Below, piece after piece: positions 52,220 to 64,000 of a stretch of 64,000 bases of DNA. The stretch covers positions 434,001 through 498,000 of the forward strand of contig CATOCA020000004.1 of assembly GCA_951406725.2 (NCBI GenBank). Direction: 5' to 3'. Origin of the DNA: Octopus vulgaris. Taxonomy: Eukaryota. The position numbers were made by a program, and so were the translations under genes. The notes beneath the pieces are model-generated. The model was not told where the DNA came from, ran no database searches, and worked only from the letters and a program-made list of their open reading frames with translations. How positions within the stretch are numbered: position 1 is the stretch's first letter; the number at the start of each line of letters is the position of its first letter.

Positions 52220-52479
52220 GTATGGTCTTTTCCACTCACATGACGCCATGAAAATCCGCCATTTTAAACGATATTGCGATGTTTCTTATCTAGCTGACTA
52301 CTATCTTTAATTGCGTTAACAGTCCACTGGAGAAACTGTCAGTAATGGATTATTAATATGTCCGTTTATTTGGCAATTAAAACTACATATCATATTGGAT
52401 TTAACATCGTCCTGCAAGCTTTTCACCACTATTTCCCGCCGATAAACATTGTATGTGTGTGTGCGTACATGTGCGCATG

Positions 52480-52519
<40 letters not shown>

Positions 52520-53494
52520 GTATGTGTATGTAGCGAGAGAAAAATAGAAACGGAGAAAGAGAGAGAGGGAAAAAGATTCTTTTACTTGCTTCAGTCATTG
52601 GACAGCGACCATGCTGAAGCAATGAACTCCAGTACTTTGTGTTGTTGTTTCTTCGTTTTCTTCTTTTTATGCTCTATCTTTTAGGCCCCCGGTGATTTTT
52701 GTGTCTTTCGCCGCCCCGCTAAGTCACGGTAACGTAAAGAAAGGAACACCGGCTCTCAAGCGATGGTGGTGAGAAGCATAAAGACACACACACACACTAT
52801 TTTAGTAAAGCCGAAATATTTTAGTATCTTACACGTTTGGTATTCGAGTATTATTTTTCTCTAATTGTAAGCCCAGTACTTATTCTATCGGTCTCTTTTG
52901 CCGAACCGCTAAGTAACGGGGACGTAAACACACCAGCATCGGTTGTCAAGCAATGCTAGGGGGACAAACACAGACACACAAACACATTTATATATATATA
53001 TATATATAAATTATGATTTAGGATAGCTAATAGATACCTCCTCCACCACCACCACCACCACACTTCATAACCGGTGTTGCTTTGTTTAAGCCCCCACCCC
53101 CGTAAGTTAGCAGTCCGGCAACAGACAACCGATAGAATAAGACTGGTTTATAAAAAGGTGCGCGCATGTGTGTCCTTGTGCGTTCAGTTTGCTGTTGTCC
53201 TCCACCACCATCCCCACCTCCACACTTCATAACCGGTGTTGGTCTGCTTACGTCCTCGCGACATTAGCGATTCGGCAACAAAGAAGACCAAAAGAAAAAT
53301 CCTAATCTTCAGACAAAACAAAACAAAACAAAATAAATAAACAAATAAATAAAATCTGGCGTCGTCGATCCGTTCAACAAAAGGTCCCTACAACGTTGGG
53401 GCTCCAGCGTGGCCACAGTCCAAAGAGCGAACAACAAATATACATGAGGAACGATTCGAGATTTAATTTTATAGTCTCTGTGCTTGCGTCCCGG

Positions 53495-54196
53495 TGCGTG
53501 TGTGTATGTGTATATAATATAAAGGTGTGTGTGTGTGTGTGTGTGTGTATATAATATATAGGTGTCTGTGTGTGTGTAGTATATAATATATAGGTGTGTG
53601 TGTATATAATATATAGGTGTGTGTGTGTGTGTATATATAATATATAGGTGTGTGTGTGTGTATATAATATATAGATGCGTGTGTGTGTGTGTATATATAA
53701 TATATAGGTGTGTGTGTGTGTGTGTGTATATAATATATAGGTGTGTGTGTATATAATATATAGGTGTGTGTGTGTGTGTGTGTGTATAATATATAGGTGT
53801 CTGTGTGTGTGTAGTATATAATATATAGGTGTGTGTGTATATAATATATAGGTGTGTGTGTGTGTATATAATATATAGATGCGTGTGTGTGTATATAATA
53901 TATAGATGCGTGTGTGTGTGTGTATATAATATATAGGTGTATGTGTATGTGTATATAATATATAGGTGCGTGTGTGTGTATATAATATATAGGTGCGTGT
54001 GTGTGTGTATAATATATAGGTGTATGTGTATGTGTGTGTATAATATATAGATGTGTGTGTATGTGTGTAGTGTATATAATATAAAGGTGTGTGTGTATGT
54101 GTGTAGTGTATATAATATAAAGGTGTGTGTGTATGTCTGTAGTGTATATAATATAAAGGTGTGTGTGTGTGTGTGTGTTTGTGCGCGCATGTATGC

Positions 54197-54231
<35 letters not shown>

Positions 54232-55615
54232 TGCGCGCATATGCGTGTATGTGTGCATGCGTGTGTGTGTGTGTGTGTGTGTGTTTGTGCGCGCATGTGT
54301 GTGTATGTGTGCATGCGTGTGTGTGTGTGTGTGTGTGTTTGTGCGCGCATGTGTGTGTATGTGTGCATGCGTGTGTGTGTGTGTGTGTGTTTGTGCGCGC
54401 ATGTGTGTGTATGTGTGCATGCGTGTGTGTGTGAAATCTCCCTCTTTGCCAAGTGTTTTGTGTCTGTGTGTCTGCCTCTAGTTCCTGGTATTTGCACAAG
54501 ATGGCCTCCTTCCCACAGCCTCCCTCTCCGTCTCACTGTCCATCTCCCTCCCTCCCTCCCTCTCCCCCGTTATATATATACACACCTGTGTATATTGCGT
54601 GTGTGAATGTAACCGCCTATATTTATTGGAGCGTATATGTAAGCGTGTGTGTATGCATGTGTGTGTGTATGTGTGTGTGTATGTGTGTATGTATGCATGT
54701 ATGTATTTATGTACGCATGTATGTGTGTTTGTTTGTGTGTGTGTGTGTATGTATGTGTGTCTGTATGTATGTATGTATGCATGTATGTGTGTGTATGTAT
54801 GTATATATGAATGTATGTGTGTATGTATGTATGTTGGTGTGTGTGTGTGTGTATAATGGTGTAAACTAAACCCTGCGCGTATATATATGTAGGCATGTAT
54901 GTATGTATGTATGTATGTATGTTTATGTATCTGTGTGCGTGTGTGTATGTATTTCTGTGTGCATATATGTATGTTTCTAATAATGCATGTATGTATGTAC
55001 GTGTGTATGTGACTGACTATATATGTGTGAGTGCGAGAGTGTGTGTACGTGTGTTTGTGACTGACAAGTCAAAGACACAGACACATACAAAAACACACAC
55101 ACACACACACATACATACACCCATATATATGCACACACTCATAAATTGCACACCGTAAAATACACACATACGCGCACACACACACACACACGCTCATATA
55201 CGCGTGCACACACTCACACACAAACAGACACACACATACTAACACTCACACATACACACACTCAAACAAACACGTTCACACACACACACACACAAGCTTA
55301 TATACGCGCGCGCACACCGTAAAAGACACATACGCGCGCGCACACTCACACACAGACACACACACACCTACACGCACTCACACAAACACACTCTCACATA
55401 CACACACACACAAGCTCATATACGCGCGCGCACACTCACACACACACACCTACACGCACTCACACAAACACACGCTCACTCTCACATACACACACACACA
55501 AGCTCATATACGCGCGCGCACACTCACTCACACACAGACACACACACACACACGTACGTACACGCACTCACACAAACACACGCACACACTCTAACATACA
55601 TATACACACACACAC
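53495..55615. repeat. Patterned GT/CA minisatellites (tataatatataggtgtg; gtgcgcgcat; tacgcgcgcgcac)
   Basis: Direct. Confidence 0.9.
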
Positions 55616-56219
55616 CATTCATTCTTAGCCAATAGAATTTCTTAACTAACCTACCGGACTCACAAGACCGTTTGTTTATTAATCACGAGGTCGCAGGTTC
55701 AATCTCCACAGCGTGACATCTTGGGCTTCCGTTTTTCGCTATAACCTTAGGTTAACTTAAACTTTCCGGGTAGCACTGCGTAGACGGAAACTATGCTGAA
55801 GCCCTTCGGGTGGATTATACCCGTAACTGCGTGTAGCGTCGATTCTCCTCGCAAGTTAAAGGGATAGTAGCTATTTTTGTTTTTATTTTTTACTCGTTTC
55901 AGTAATTTTTGACTGCGGCCATGCTGGGGCACCACCTTGAAGGGTTTTAGTCGAACGAACTGACCCCCAGGGCTTAATTTTTAATATTGTATCGGTGTGC
56001 TTTGCCGAACCGCTTGGTTACGAAGACGTAACTACATCAACACCGGTTGGCAAGCGGGGTAGGGTGACAAACACAGACACACAGACACACACACAGAGAA
56101 TCGAATATCTTGTTTTGTTTCCTTGACACACATCCTGAAAATGTAAGGTTCACTCAGTTGAACAACTTGTTCATTCATTCAGCTAACGTTGAGGTGGCTG
56201 AGTATTCCGCAGTCATATC

Positions 56220-56622
56220 TATTTCTTTATTGACCACAGGGGGCTAAACATAGAGGGGACAAACAAGGACAGACAAAGGGATTAAGCCGAATAAATCGAC
56301 TCCATTGCGTAACTGGTACTTATTTTATCGACCCCGAAAGGATGAAAGGCAAAGTCGACCTCGGCGGAATTTGAACTCAGAACGTAGCGGCGGACGAAAT
56401 ACCTATTTCTTTATTACCCACAAGGGTAAACATAGAGGGGACGAACAAGGACAGACAAACGGTTTAAGTCGATTATATCGACCCCAGTGCGTAACTGGTA
56501 CTTATTTAATCGACCCCGAAAGGATGAAAGGCAAAGTGGACCTAGGCGGAATTTGAACTCAGAACGTAACGACAGACGAAATACCGCTAAGCATTTCGCC
56601 CGGCGCGCTAACGTTTCTGCCA
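56220..56622 (-). mobile_element. SINE family 2 dimer
   Basis: Two bodies, one head. Confidence 0.88.
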
Positions 56623-57206
56623 GGCGCAGGCTTGGCGCGTCTGTGCGGTAAGGAAGCTTGCTTTCCAATCCCACGGTTCCGGGTTCAGTCCCACTGCTTG
56701 GCACTGTGGGCAAGCGTCGTCTACTATAGCTACGGACCGACAAAAGCCTTGTGAGTGGATTTTGGTAGAGGGAAACGGAAAGAAGCCCATCGTATATACG
56801 TATATAAATAAGTCTGTGTGAATGTATATATGTGTGTATGTATGGCTTCGGCCGGATCGTGTCTGCCCTTACCTTCGAAACACGCATTGAGTCGAAACAG
56901 GGGCAGCTGATGAAGGGGAATTTTCCTTGTATTGTTTGTCCTGTACTCTGTTTTTTCGTTGTTAAAAAGAGTCCGTTTCCTTATTTGATTTTATGTTTTC
57001 GTTTCTCATTGTGTTCTACGTTTACTTGTGGTGTCCTGTACTCATATATGTATGCGTGTATATATACATGTATATATATATATATATGCATGTATATATA
57101 CATATAGATGTAGGTATGTACATATATGTATGTATGTATGCATATGTTTTATTTGTTAAATTATTATATGACTGAACGCCTCGCGTCGTTTCTTATCCTC
57201 CAAGTA

Positions 57207-57256
<50 letters not shown>

Positions 57257-57724
57257 AGCATAAGTATGTATATATGTACGTATCTATGTTTGTATATAAG
57301 TATATATGCATGAATCTAGTTACATGTATGATTGTATGCATGTATGTAGTTATACGTATGTATGTAGTTATATGTATGCGTACATGCTAGCGTTGAGTCC
57401 GAGAAATACCAGGATGTTCAGAGTTCGGTGTGTTGTAAGATCGTCGCCAACATGGCACCCATTAGTCTTTGAAAAAGCATGATTAATACAATGCTAATAA
57501 GCTAATATTAAAAAAAAAAAAAAAGAACCGTTGCAAGGGGAACGGCCCCGGCTATTTGAAGTATATGCAGTGTTAGATGATGAAACCGACTGCTTCCGCC
57601 ATTGCCTAACCTGCGACCTTTATGAACAAGGGTGGCTCGTCTCTAGGTCAGGTCGATTACGTTAGGGGACATCTTTTGTATGCTGTATGAGATTTATCCA
57701 GTCAATCCATCTACCCGGCCAGCC

Positions 57725-57766
<42 letters not shown>

Positions 57767-58100
57767 CATGTGTGTGTGTGTGTGCATGCATGCATGTGTG
57801 TGTGTGTGTGTGTTTGTCACCGTCCACCGCTTGCCAACCGGTGTTGATGCAGCCGCCTTCGCAACTTAGCGGTTCGACTAGCACACCGATAAAATGCGTA
57901 CCAGGCTTTAAAAATTAAGTCCTGGGGGTCAGTTTGTTCGACTAAAACCCTTCAAGGTGGTGCTCCAGCATGGCCGCAGTCAAAAATGATCCGACGGGTA
58001 GATTCGTCAGACAGCTCCTTCATAGAGCCCCAACGTAATCAACCGTCTTTACATTTTACGGTTGAATTCTCAAGCATGACCAACTGAAAATCTGAATATT

Positions 58101-58331
58101 TATTTCTTTACTACCCACAAGGGGCTAAACATAGAGGGGACAAACAAGGACAGACAAAGGGATTAAGTCGATTATATCGACCCAGTGCGAAACTGGTACT
58201 TTATTTATCGACCCCGAGAGGATGAAAGGCAAAAGTCGACCCCGGCGGAATTTGAACTCAGAACGTAACGACAGACGAAATACCGCTAAGCATTTCGTCC
58301 GGCGTGCTAACGTTTCTGCCAGCTCGTCGCC
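58101..58331 (-). mobile_element. SINE family 2 monomer with TSD tgaatatt
   Basis: TSD at 58093-58100 and 58332-58339. Confidence 0.85.
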
Positions 58332-58339
58332 TGAATATT

Positions 58340-58885
58340 ATCCACCCGTATCGTTCTTGGTTTACCCCTAGGTCTCCTTGCTGGTTTTGGTATGGTAGAA
58401 CCCTCAGACATCTCCTTTATAGGGTCCTATCAAAAGCAACTATCAGTACACTTTTCTGATAGATTCCCAAGTTGGCAAACTAATACTATGAATATCATCT
58501 ACCTTGTTCTTGGTCGAACCCCAGGTTTCCTGCTCCTGGTAGGGGTAGAGTGCTCAGGCACCTCCTCCGCTGGTCCTGTCAGAAGCAACCCTCATTACTC
58601 TTTTCTGCAGGATTCCCAAACATGACCATGACAATGGATACCATCCAACTCTCTCCAGGACCCCAACCTGTTGTTGGGGTAGAGACCTCAAGTACCTCCT
58701 CCATAGGGTCCTATCAAAAGCAACTGCCATTACACTTTCTAGATGGATTCCCAATCATCACAAAGAATATAGATATTATCCAACCCTTTCGTTCTTGGTC
58801 TCCTATCTGTGGTGGGGGGTCGAGTCCTCAAGCACCTTTCCCACAGGGTCTATCTTGCTTTTGGTCTACCCCTTAGTCTCCTGCC
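58340..58885. repeat. Degenerate tandem repeat (~130/285-bp periods)
   Basis: atagggtcctatcaaaagcaact at ~58418 and ~58703; related motif at ~58573. Confidence 0.6.
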
Positions 58886-58889
58886 AATT

Positions 58890-61150
58890 GGCTAGCTTGA
58901 AGAATCCGTCTTACGACCCTTTCTTGCAACATTTTAATTACATGTCCGTACTACAGCATAGGTGACTTCTCGAGACGGAACGATAGCGACTCCCTGATCT
59001 GTGGAATAACTTTCCTGCAGACCCCTCGGAGGAAAACCATTTCGGTTGCTCGTATTCTCGATCCTACTCTTTCGGTCATTATGCAACACTCATGATAGAA
59101 GTTCCATTTCGTCTGCAAATATCAGCTAAGCCATTCAATGAATGCTGGAGATCTTTTTGTTGAAGAGCCAAGTAGCATTGAGTTGTCTGCAAATATCAGC
59201 TAAGCCATTGAGCGAATGTTGGAGATCCTTTTCTAAAGAGCTAAGTCGCTCCATGTCGTCTGCAAATATCAGCTAAGCCATTAAGCGAATGTTGGAGATC
59301 CTTTTCTGAAGAGCTAAGTCGCTCCATGTCGTCTGCAAATATCAGCTAAGCCATTAAGCGAATGTTGGAGATTCTTTTCTGAAGAGCTACGTCGCTCCAT
59401 GTCGTCTGCAAATATCAGCTAAGCCATTGAGCGAATGTTGGAGATCCTTTTCTGAAGAGCTAAGTCGCTCTATGTCGTCTGCAAATATCAGCTAAGCCAT
59501 TAAGCGAATGTTGGAGATCCTTATCTGAAGAGCTAAGTCGCTCCATGTCGTCTGCAAATGTCAGCTAAGCCATTGAGCGAATGCTGGAGATCCTTTTCTG
59601 AAGAGCTTAGTCGCTCCATGTCGTCTGCAAATATCAGCTAAGCCATTGAGCGAATGCTAGAGATCCTTTTCCGAAGAGCTTAGTCGCTCCATGTCGTCTA
59701 CAAATGTCAGCTAAGCCATTGAGCGAATGTTGGAGATCCTTATCTGAAGAGCTAAGTCGCTCCATGTCGTCTGCAAATGTCAGCTAAGCCATTGAGCGAA
59801 TGCTGGAGATACTTTTCTGGAGAGCTAAGTCGCTCCATGTCGTCTGCAAATATCAGCTAAGCCATTGAGCGAATGCTGGAGATCCTTTTGTGAAGAGCTT
59901 AGTCGCTCCATGTCGTCTGCAAATATCAGCTAAGCCATTGAGCGAATGCTAGAGATCCTTTTCCGAAGAGCTACGTCGCTCCATGTCGTCTGCAAATGTC
60001 AGCTAAGCCATTGAGCGAATGCTGGAGATCCTTTTCTGAAGAGCTTAGTCGCTCCATGTCGTCTGCAAATGTCAGCTAAGCCATTGAGCGAATGCTGGAG
60101 ATCCTTTTCTGAAGAGCTACGTCGCTCCATGTCGTCTGCAAATGTCAGCTAAGCCATTGAGCGAATGCTGGAGATCCTTTTCTGAAGAGCTTAGTCGCTC
60201 CATGTCGTCTGCAAATGTCAGCTAAGCCATTGAGCGAATGCTGGAGATTCTTTTCTAAAGAGCTAAGTCGCTCCATGTCGTCCGCAAATGTCAGCTAAGC
60301 CATTGAGCGAATGCTGGAGATTCTTTTCTGAAGAGCTACGTCGCTCCATGTCGTCTGCAAATGTCAGCTAAGCCATTGAGCGAATGCTGGAGATTCTTTT
60401 CTGAAGAGCTTAGTCGCTCCATGTCGTCCGCAAATGTCAGCTAAGCCATTGAGCGAATGCTGGAGATTCTTTTCTGAAGAGCTACGTCGCTCCATGTCGT
60501 CTGCAAATGTCAGCTAAGCCATTGAGCGAATGCTGGAGATTCTTTTCTGAAGAGCTACGTCGCTCCATGTCGTCAGCAAATGTCAGCTAAGCCATTGAGC
60601 GAATGCTGGAGATTCTTTTCTGAAGAGCTAAGTCGCTCCATGTCGTCTGCAAATGTCAGCTAAGCCATTGAGCGAATGCTGGAGATTCTTTTCTGAAGAG
60701 CTAAATCGCTCCATGTCGTCTGCAAATGTCAGCTAAGCCATTGAGCGAATGCTGGAGATCCTTTTCTGAAGAGCTAAGTCGCTCCATGTCGTCTGCAAAT
60801 GTCAGCAAAGCCATTCAGTGCTGGAGATCATTTTATGATGAACCAAGTAGCACCATGTTGTCTTCAAATATCAGTTAACCAACCCAGTGATTGCGATGCC
60901 ATTTCCACAATGGCTGCACATGTTAATCCAGCTATGAAGAGGAGAGGTAATAATGGATATTCCTGCCGAGCCAAACACCCATGTTGAAAACCTTTGACTT
61001 AGCACCATCTGGGCATTTGTATTGGCACTTCATGGCAACCAGAAGCTGCTAATTAATCTCAAAGTCCTGATAACACTCCGCAGCAAGTCCTCAGGCGTAT
61101 GTTTTTTGAAGGTTTACCAAGCAAAGTAGCATCATGTCGTCTTCCTTTCA
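58890..61150 (-). mobile_element. Degenerate RTE-clade LINE hosting a satellite
   Basis: Minus strand LVNLQKTY (FVDLEKAYD-like), QEYPLLPLLFI (QGCPLSPLLF-like), LIFADD, then FRLEKS..YGHVN..QERVVRRILQA. Confidence 0.8.
59105..60872. repeat. 73-bp satellite, about 24 copies, derived from the RT catalytic motif
   Basis: Unit gtcgtctgcaaatRtcagctaagccattgagcgaatgctggagatYcttttctgaagagctaagtcgctccat. Confidence 0.96.
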
Positions 61151-61617
61151 CCGTTTATCCTACACTTGTTTCAGTTATTAAACTGTGGCCATGCTGGAGC
61201 ACCTCCTTCAAGGGTTACTCTCTTTACTCTTTAACTTGTTTCAGTCAGTTGACTGCGGCCATGCTGGGGCACCGCCTTTAGTCGAGCAAATCGACCTCGG
61301 GACTTATATATATATATATACCAAGACATAGGGGTTGTTGTGTGCTAAATAGCTTGCTTACCAACCACATGGTTCTGGGTTCAGTCCCACAGCGTGGCAC
61401 CTAGGGCAAGTGTCTTCTACTATAGCCTCGGACCGACCAATGCCTATAAATGTCGGAGTGTTCAGCACTGTCTACAGTTAAGTTTACAGAATAGTGTATA
61501 TATATATATATATATATATACATACATACATACAAACATACATGTATACACATATATGGATATATATATATATATATATACATACATACATACAAACATA
61601 CATGTATACACATATAT

Positions 61618-61660
<43 letters not shown>

Positions 61661-61689
61661 TACATATATATATATGCATACATATATAT

Positions 61690-64000
61690 AAATCCTTAAA
61701 TCCTTAAAAATGTTTTAGCCCGAAGGCCGCGGCCATGCTGGGGCACCACCGCTGAATGAGCTACACTAGTTTGTGAATCCACCTCTGATACGTGGCACTT
61801 GATCAACAAGGGAGTTCGATGCTGCTGCCCGCATCCGTGTCTCCTGTCGTGAGGTAGGTTCATCTGGGACTCCCAACAAGAAGAGATCCAGTTTAGTTTT
61901 AAAGAAACCCACATCCACACCATGTAAGTCTCTCAGGCATTTAGGGAGGATGTTAAAGAGCTGTGGTCCTCTGAAACCCAAGCTGTTGCAGTATCTGGAC
62001 CTGTATTTTGATGGTGATGTTGGAATCCTTGGCACCACGCAGCGGCGCCCCGTTCTGCGGTTGGAGTAACTTTGAATGCCAAAGTTTGGGACAAGACCCT
62101 CCAGGATTTTCCAGATGTATATCACTGCATATCTCTCCCGCCTCCGCTCCAGGGAGAAGAGGTTTAATACCTTCAGTCTTTCCCAGTAGCTGACATTTTG
62201 CATTGAGACGATTTTCTTTGTGTAGCTTCTCTGAGTTGCTTCGAGTTCTGCTGTTTGTTTTATATTGTGTGGTGACCAAAGTTGGGAGCAGTAGTCCAAG
62301 CGGCTGAGGACAAATGTTTTCCATAGGACCATCAGTGTCTCCTTCTCTCTTGTTCTGAAAGTTCGGAGAATCCATCCAGCTAGCCGTCTGCATTTTATCA
62401 CCAGATTAGCAATATGCATTTGGAAAGATGCATCATTGCTCATGTCAATGCCCAGGTCACGCACTGATTTTGACTCAGGGATTGCAATTCTTCCTGGGCC
62501 AGTGTATCCAGTCTTCACGTCATTTACCTTTGTGTGCCAGTAGCGCAGGGCCTGGAACTTACCTGCATTAAACTGCATGTTGTTGTCCTCAGCCCACCTG
62601 TATATTGTGTCCAGCTCATGTTGCAGATGCGCAATATTTTCAGGGTTTTGTATTGCGTGGGAGACTTTTGTGTCATCTGCATAGCTAGCAAGGGTGGTCA
62701 TCGTAGCAACTGAAGGCATGTCTGAAAGGGCCACTATGAACATCAGTGGCCCCAAGACAGTGCCCTGTGGGACACCGCTTGTTATTTGCGTTTCCCTGGA
62801 GGTGGCTCCATTGCTCACAACTGCCTGTTTTCTGTCTTTTAGGAAGTTGTGCAGCCACTCTCCAAGTTTCCCGCCTATGCCGAGACCACGCAGTTTGTGA
62901 CAGATCATACCATGGTCGACTTTATCAAAGGCTTTTGCAAAGTCAAGATATATTACATCCACATTTGAGCCATTTAGTAGCTGTTTCAACACCCAGTCAT
63001 AGTGTTGCAGGAGCTGTGTTAGGCAGCCTCTACCTGGTCGAAATCCATGCTGGGTGTCAGACAGTAAGTCATTTTCTTCAAGGAACATGATTAGTTTCTT
63101 ACGGACTATTCGTTCCATGACTTTGCTGATGTGTGAGGTCAGAGAGATAGGCCTATAATTTTTAGCATCTGCTCTGCTACCTCCCTTATGGATAGGGCAT
63201 ATTACCCCCTCTTTCAGTTTGACTGGGAGCTTACCACTTGCAAGAAAGCTCTGAAAAAGAAGCTGTAGCGGTTTTGCAAGGGCTCGTTTGCACGATTTGA
63301 GAAGGATCGCTGGGAATCCATCAGGTCCAGCAGCTGAGTTTGTGTCAATCTCATCAATGGCTAGTGTGATATCATCTTCTTCGATGTTGATGTACTCAAT
63401 TTTTGTCTCTTTGGCCGCTGGTAAAGTGGCAAAGAATTCTTCTGGGTTGTTTACTTGCCTGTGTCCTAGAGGTGTAGTGAACACACTTTGGAACTGTTCG
63501 TTCAGTATTTCACTTATCCTCGTGGGATTTCCTGTGAGAGAGCCATCTTTTTGGAAGAGAGGTCCTATTCTCTGGTGCACTGTGGCTGTCTCTTTGGCAA
63601 ACTTAAAGAAAGCTTTAGGGTTTGATTTTATATTTTCTATTACCCAAGCTTCTTTATCTGCTCTCTCCTTTTCATGGGACTGATGTAGACTTTTCTCAGT
63701 TTCCATTAGCATTCTTTCGAGCCGAGACTTCTCACCACTTTTGGTGTGCTTGCTCAGGCGGTTTGCAATCCTTGTCCGTCGTCTCATAAGAATCCTCCTT
63801 TCTCTAGGGATCCTGTTTTTATTCTTGTGTGTGCTGGCCCTGCACATTGGGACATATTTGTCACATATGGCTTGTATTATGGACATGAAGTGTTTGTGTT
63901 TCATGTTTATGTCCGGTGTGGAGAGACATTCAGGCCAATCCTGTTTGAGGATCTCTTTCTCAATCGACTTCCAGTTGGCTTTATGAAAGTTTAAGTTGGA
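61690..64000 (-). mobile_element. CR1/L2-group LINE with short 3' UTR and (aaggattt)n tail
   Basis: 3' UTR 61706-61765; tail aaatccttaaatcctt abutting a TA microsatellite. Confidence 0.93.
61766..64000 (-). CDS. LINE ORF2 reverse transcriptase (CR1/L2 group), 5' part outside window
   Basis: Open frame from window edge; motifs NYRPISLTS, QHGFRPGR, YLDFAKAFDKVDH, SGVPQGTVLGP, YADDTK, DLG, LERRRERY. Confidence 0.95.
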   Translation of the reverse strand, partial: SNLNFHKANWKSIEKEILKQDWPECLSTPDINMKHKHFMSIIQAICDKYVPMCRASTHKNKNRIPRERRILMRRRTRIANRLSKHTKSGEKSRLERMLMETEKSLHQSHEKERADKEAWVIENIKSNPKAFFKFAKETATVHQRIGPLFQKDGSLTGNPTRISEILNEQFQSVFTTPLGHRQVNNPEEFFATLPAAKETKIEYINIEEDDITLAIDEIDTNSAAGPDGFPAILLKSCKRALAKPLQLLFQSFLASGKLPVKLKEGVICPIHKGGSRADAKNYRPISLTSHISKVMERIVRKKLIMFLEENDLLSDTQHGFRPGRGCLTQLLQHYDWVLKQLLNGSNVDVIYLDFAKAFDKVDHGMICHKLRGLGIGGKLGEWLHNFLKDRKQAVVSNGATSRETQITSGVPQGTVLGPLMFIVALSDMPSVATMTTLASYADDTKVSHAIQNPENIAHLQHELDTIYRWAEDNNMQFNAGKFQALRYWHTKVNDVKTGYTGPGRIAIPESKSVRDLGIDMSNDASFQMHIANLVIKCRRLAGWILRTFRTREKETLMVLWKTFVLSRLDYCSQLWSPHNIKQTAELEATQRSYTKKIVSMQNVSYWERLKVLNLFSLERRRERYAVIYIWKILEGLVPNFGIQSYSNRRTGRRCVVPRIPTSPSKYRSRYCNSLGFRGPQLFNILPKCLRDLHGVDVGFFKTKLDLFLLGVPDEPTSRQETRMRAAASNSLVDQVPRIRGGFTN

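Noticed and set aside
59105-60872. CRISPR array or hammerhead satellite (contains CTGAAGA)
   Set aside because: No unique spacers; no GAAA after a stem II; explained by RT origin

Overview
Repeat-saturated animal DNA. An octopus/cephalopod origin is inferred from the SINE families, recognised from memory and not database-checked. No host exon can be supported, and almost all listed ORFs are microsatellite artefacts. The one real long CDS is a CR1/L2-group LINE ORF2 (61766 to window end, minus strand). The window holds four tRNA-derived SINE families, R4/Dong-like, RTE and Tx1-like LINE relics, and hAT, piggyBac, mariner and Helitron non-autonomous elements. Notable structures: (1) a ~9.7 kb genomic palindrome (34719-44478) centred on convergent tRNA-like units, with outward-facing mariner ends, arm-specific satellites and a filled/empty piggyBac site; (2) minimal hammerhead-ribozyme motifs, including a Pol III B-box-linked copy and a small palindrome with one motif per arm; (3) a 73-bp satellite amplified from the FADD catalytic motif of an RTE reverse transcriptase; (4) a SINE/LINE pair sharing a 3' tail; (5) multimeric SINEs inserted as single units; (6) a two-MITE hAT composite with one TSD; (7) a 6 kb 116/122-bp CA-rich satellite.
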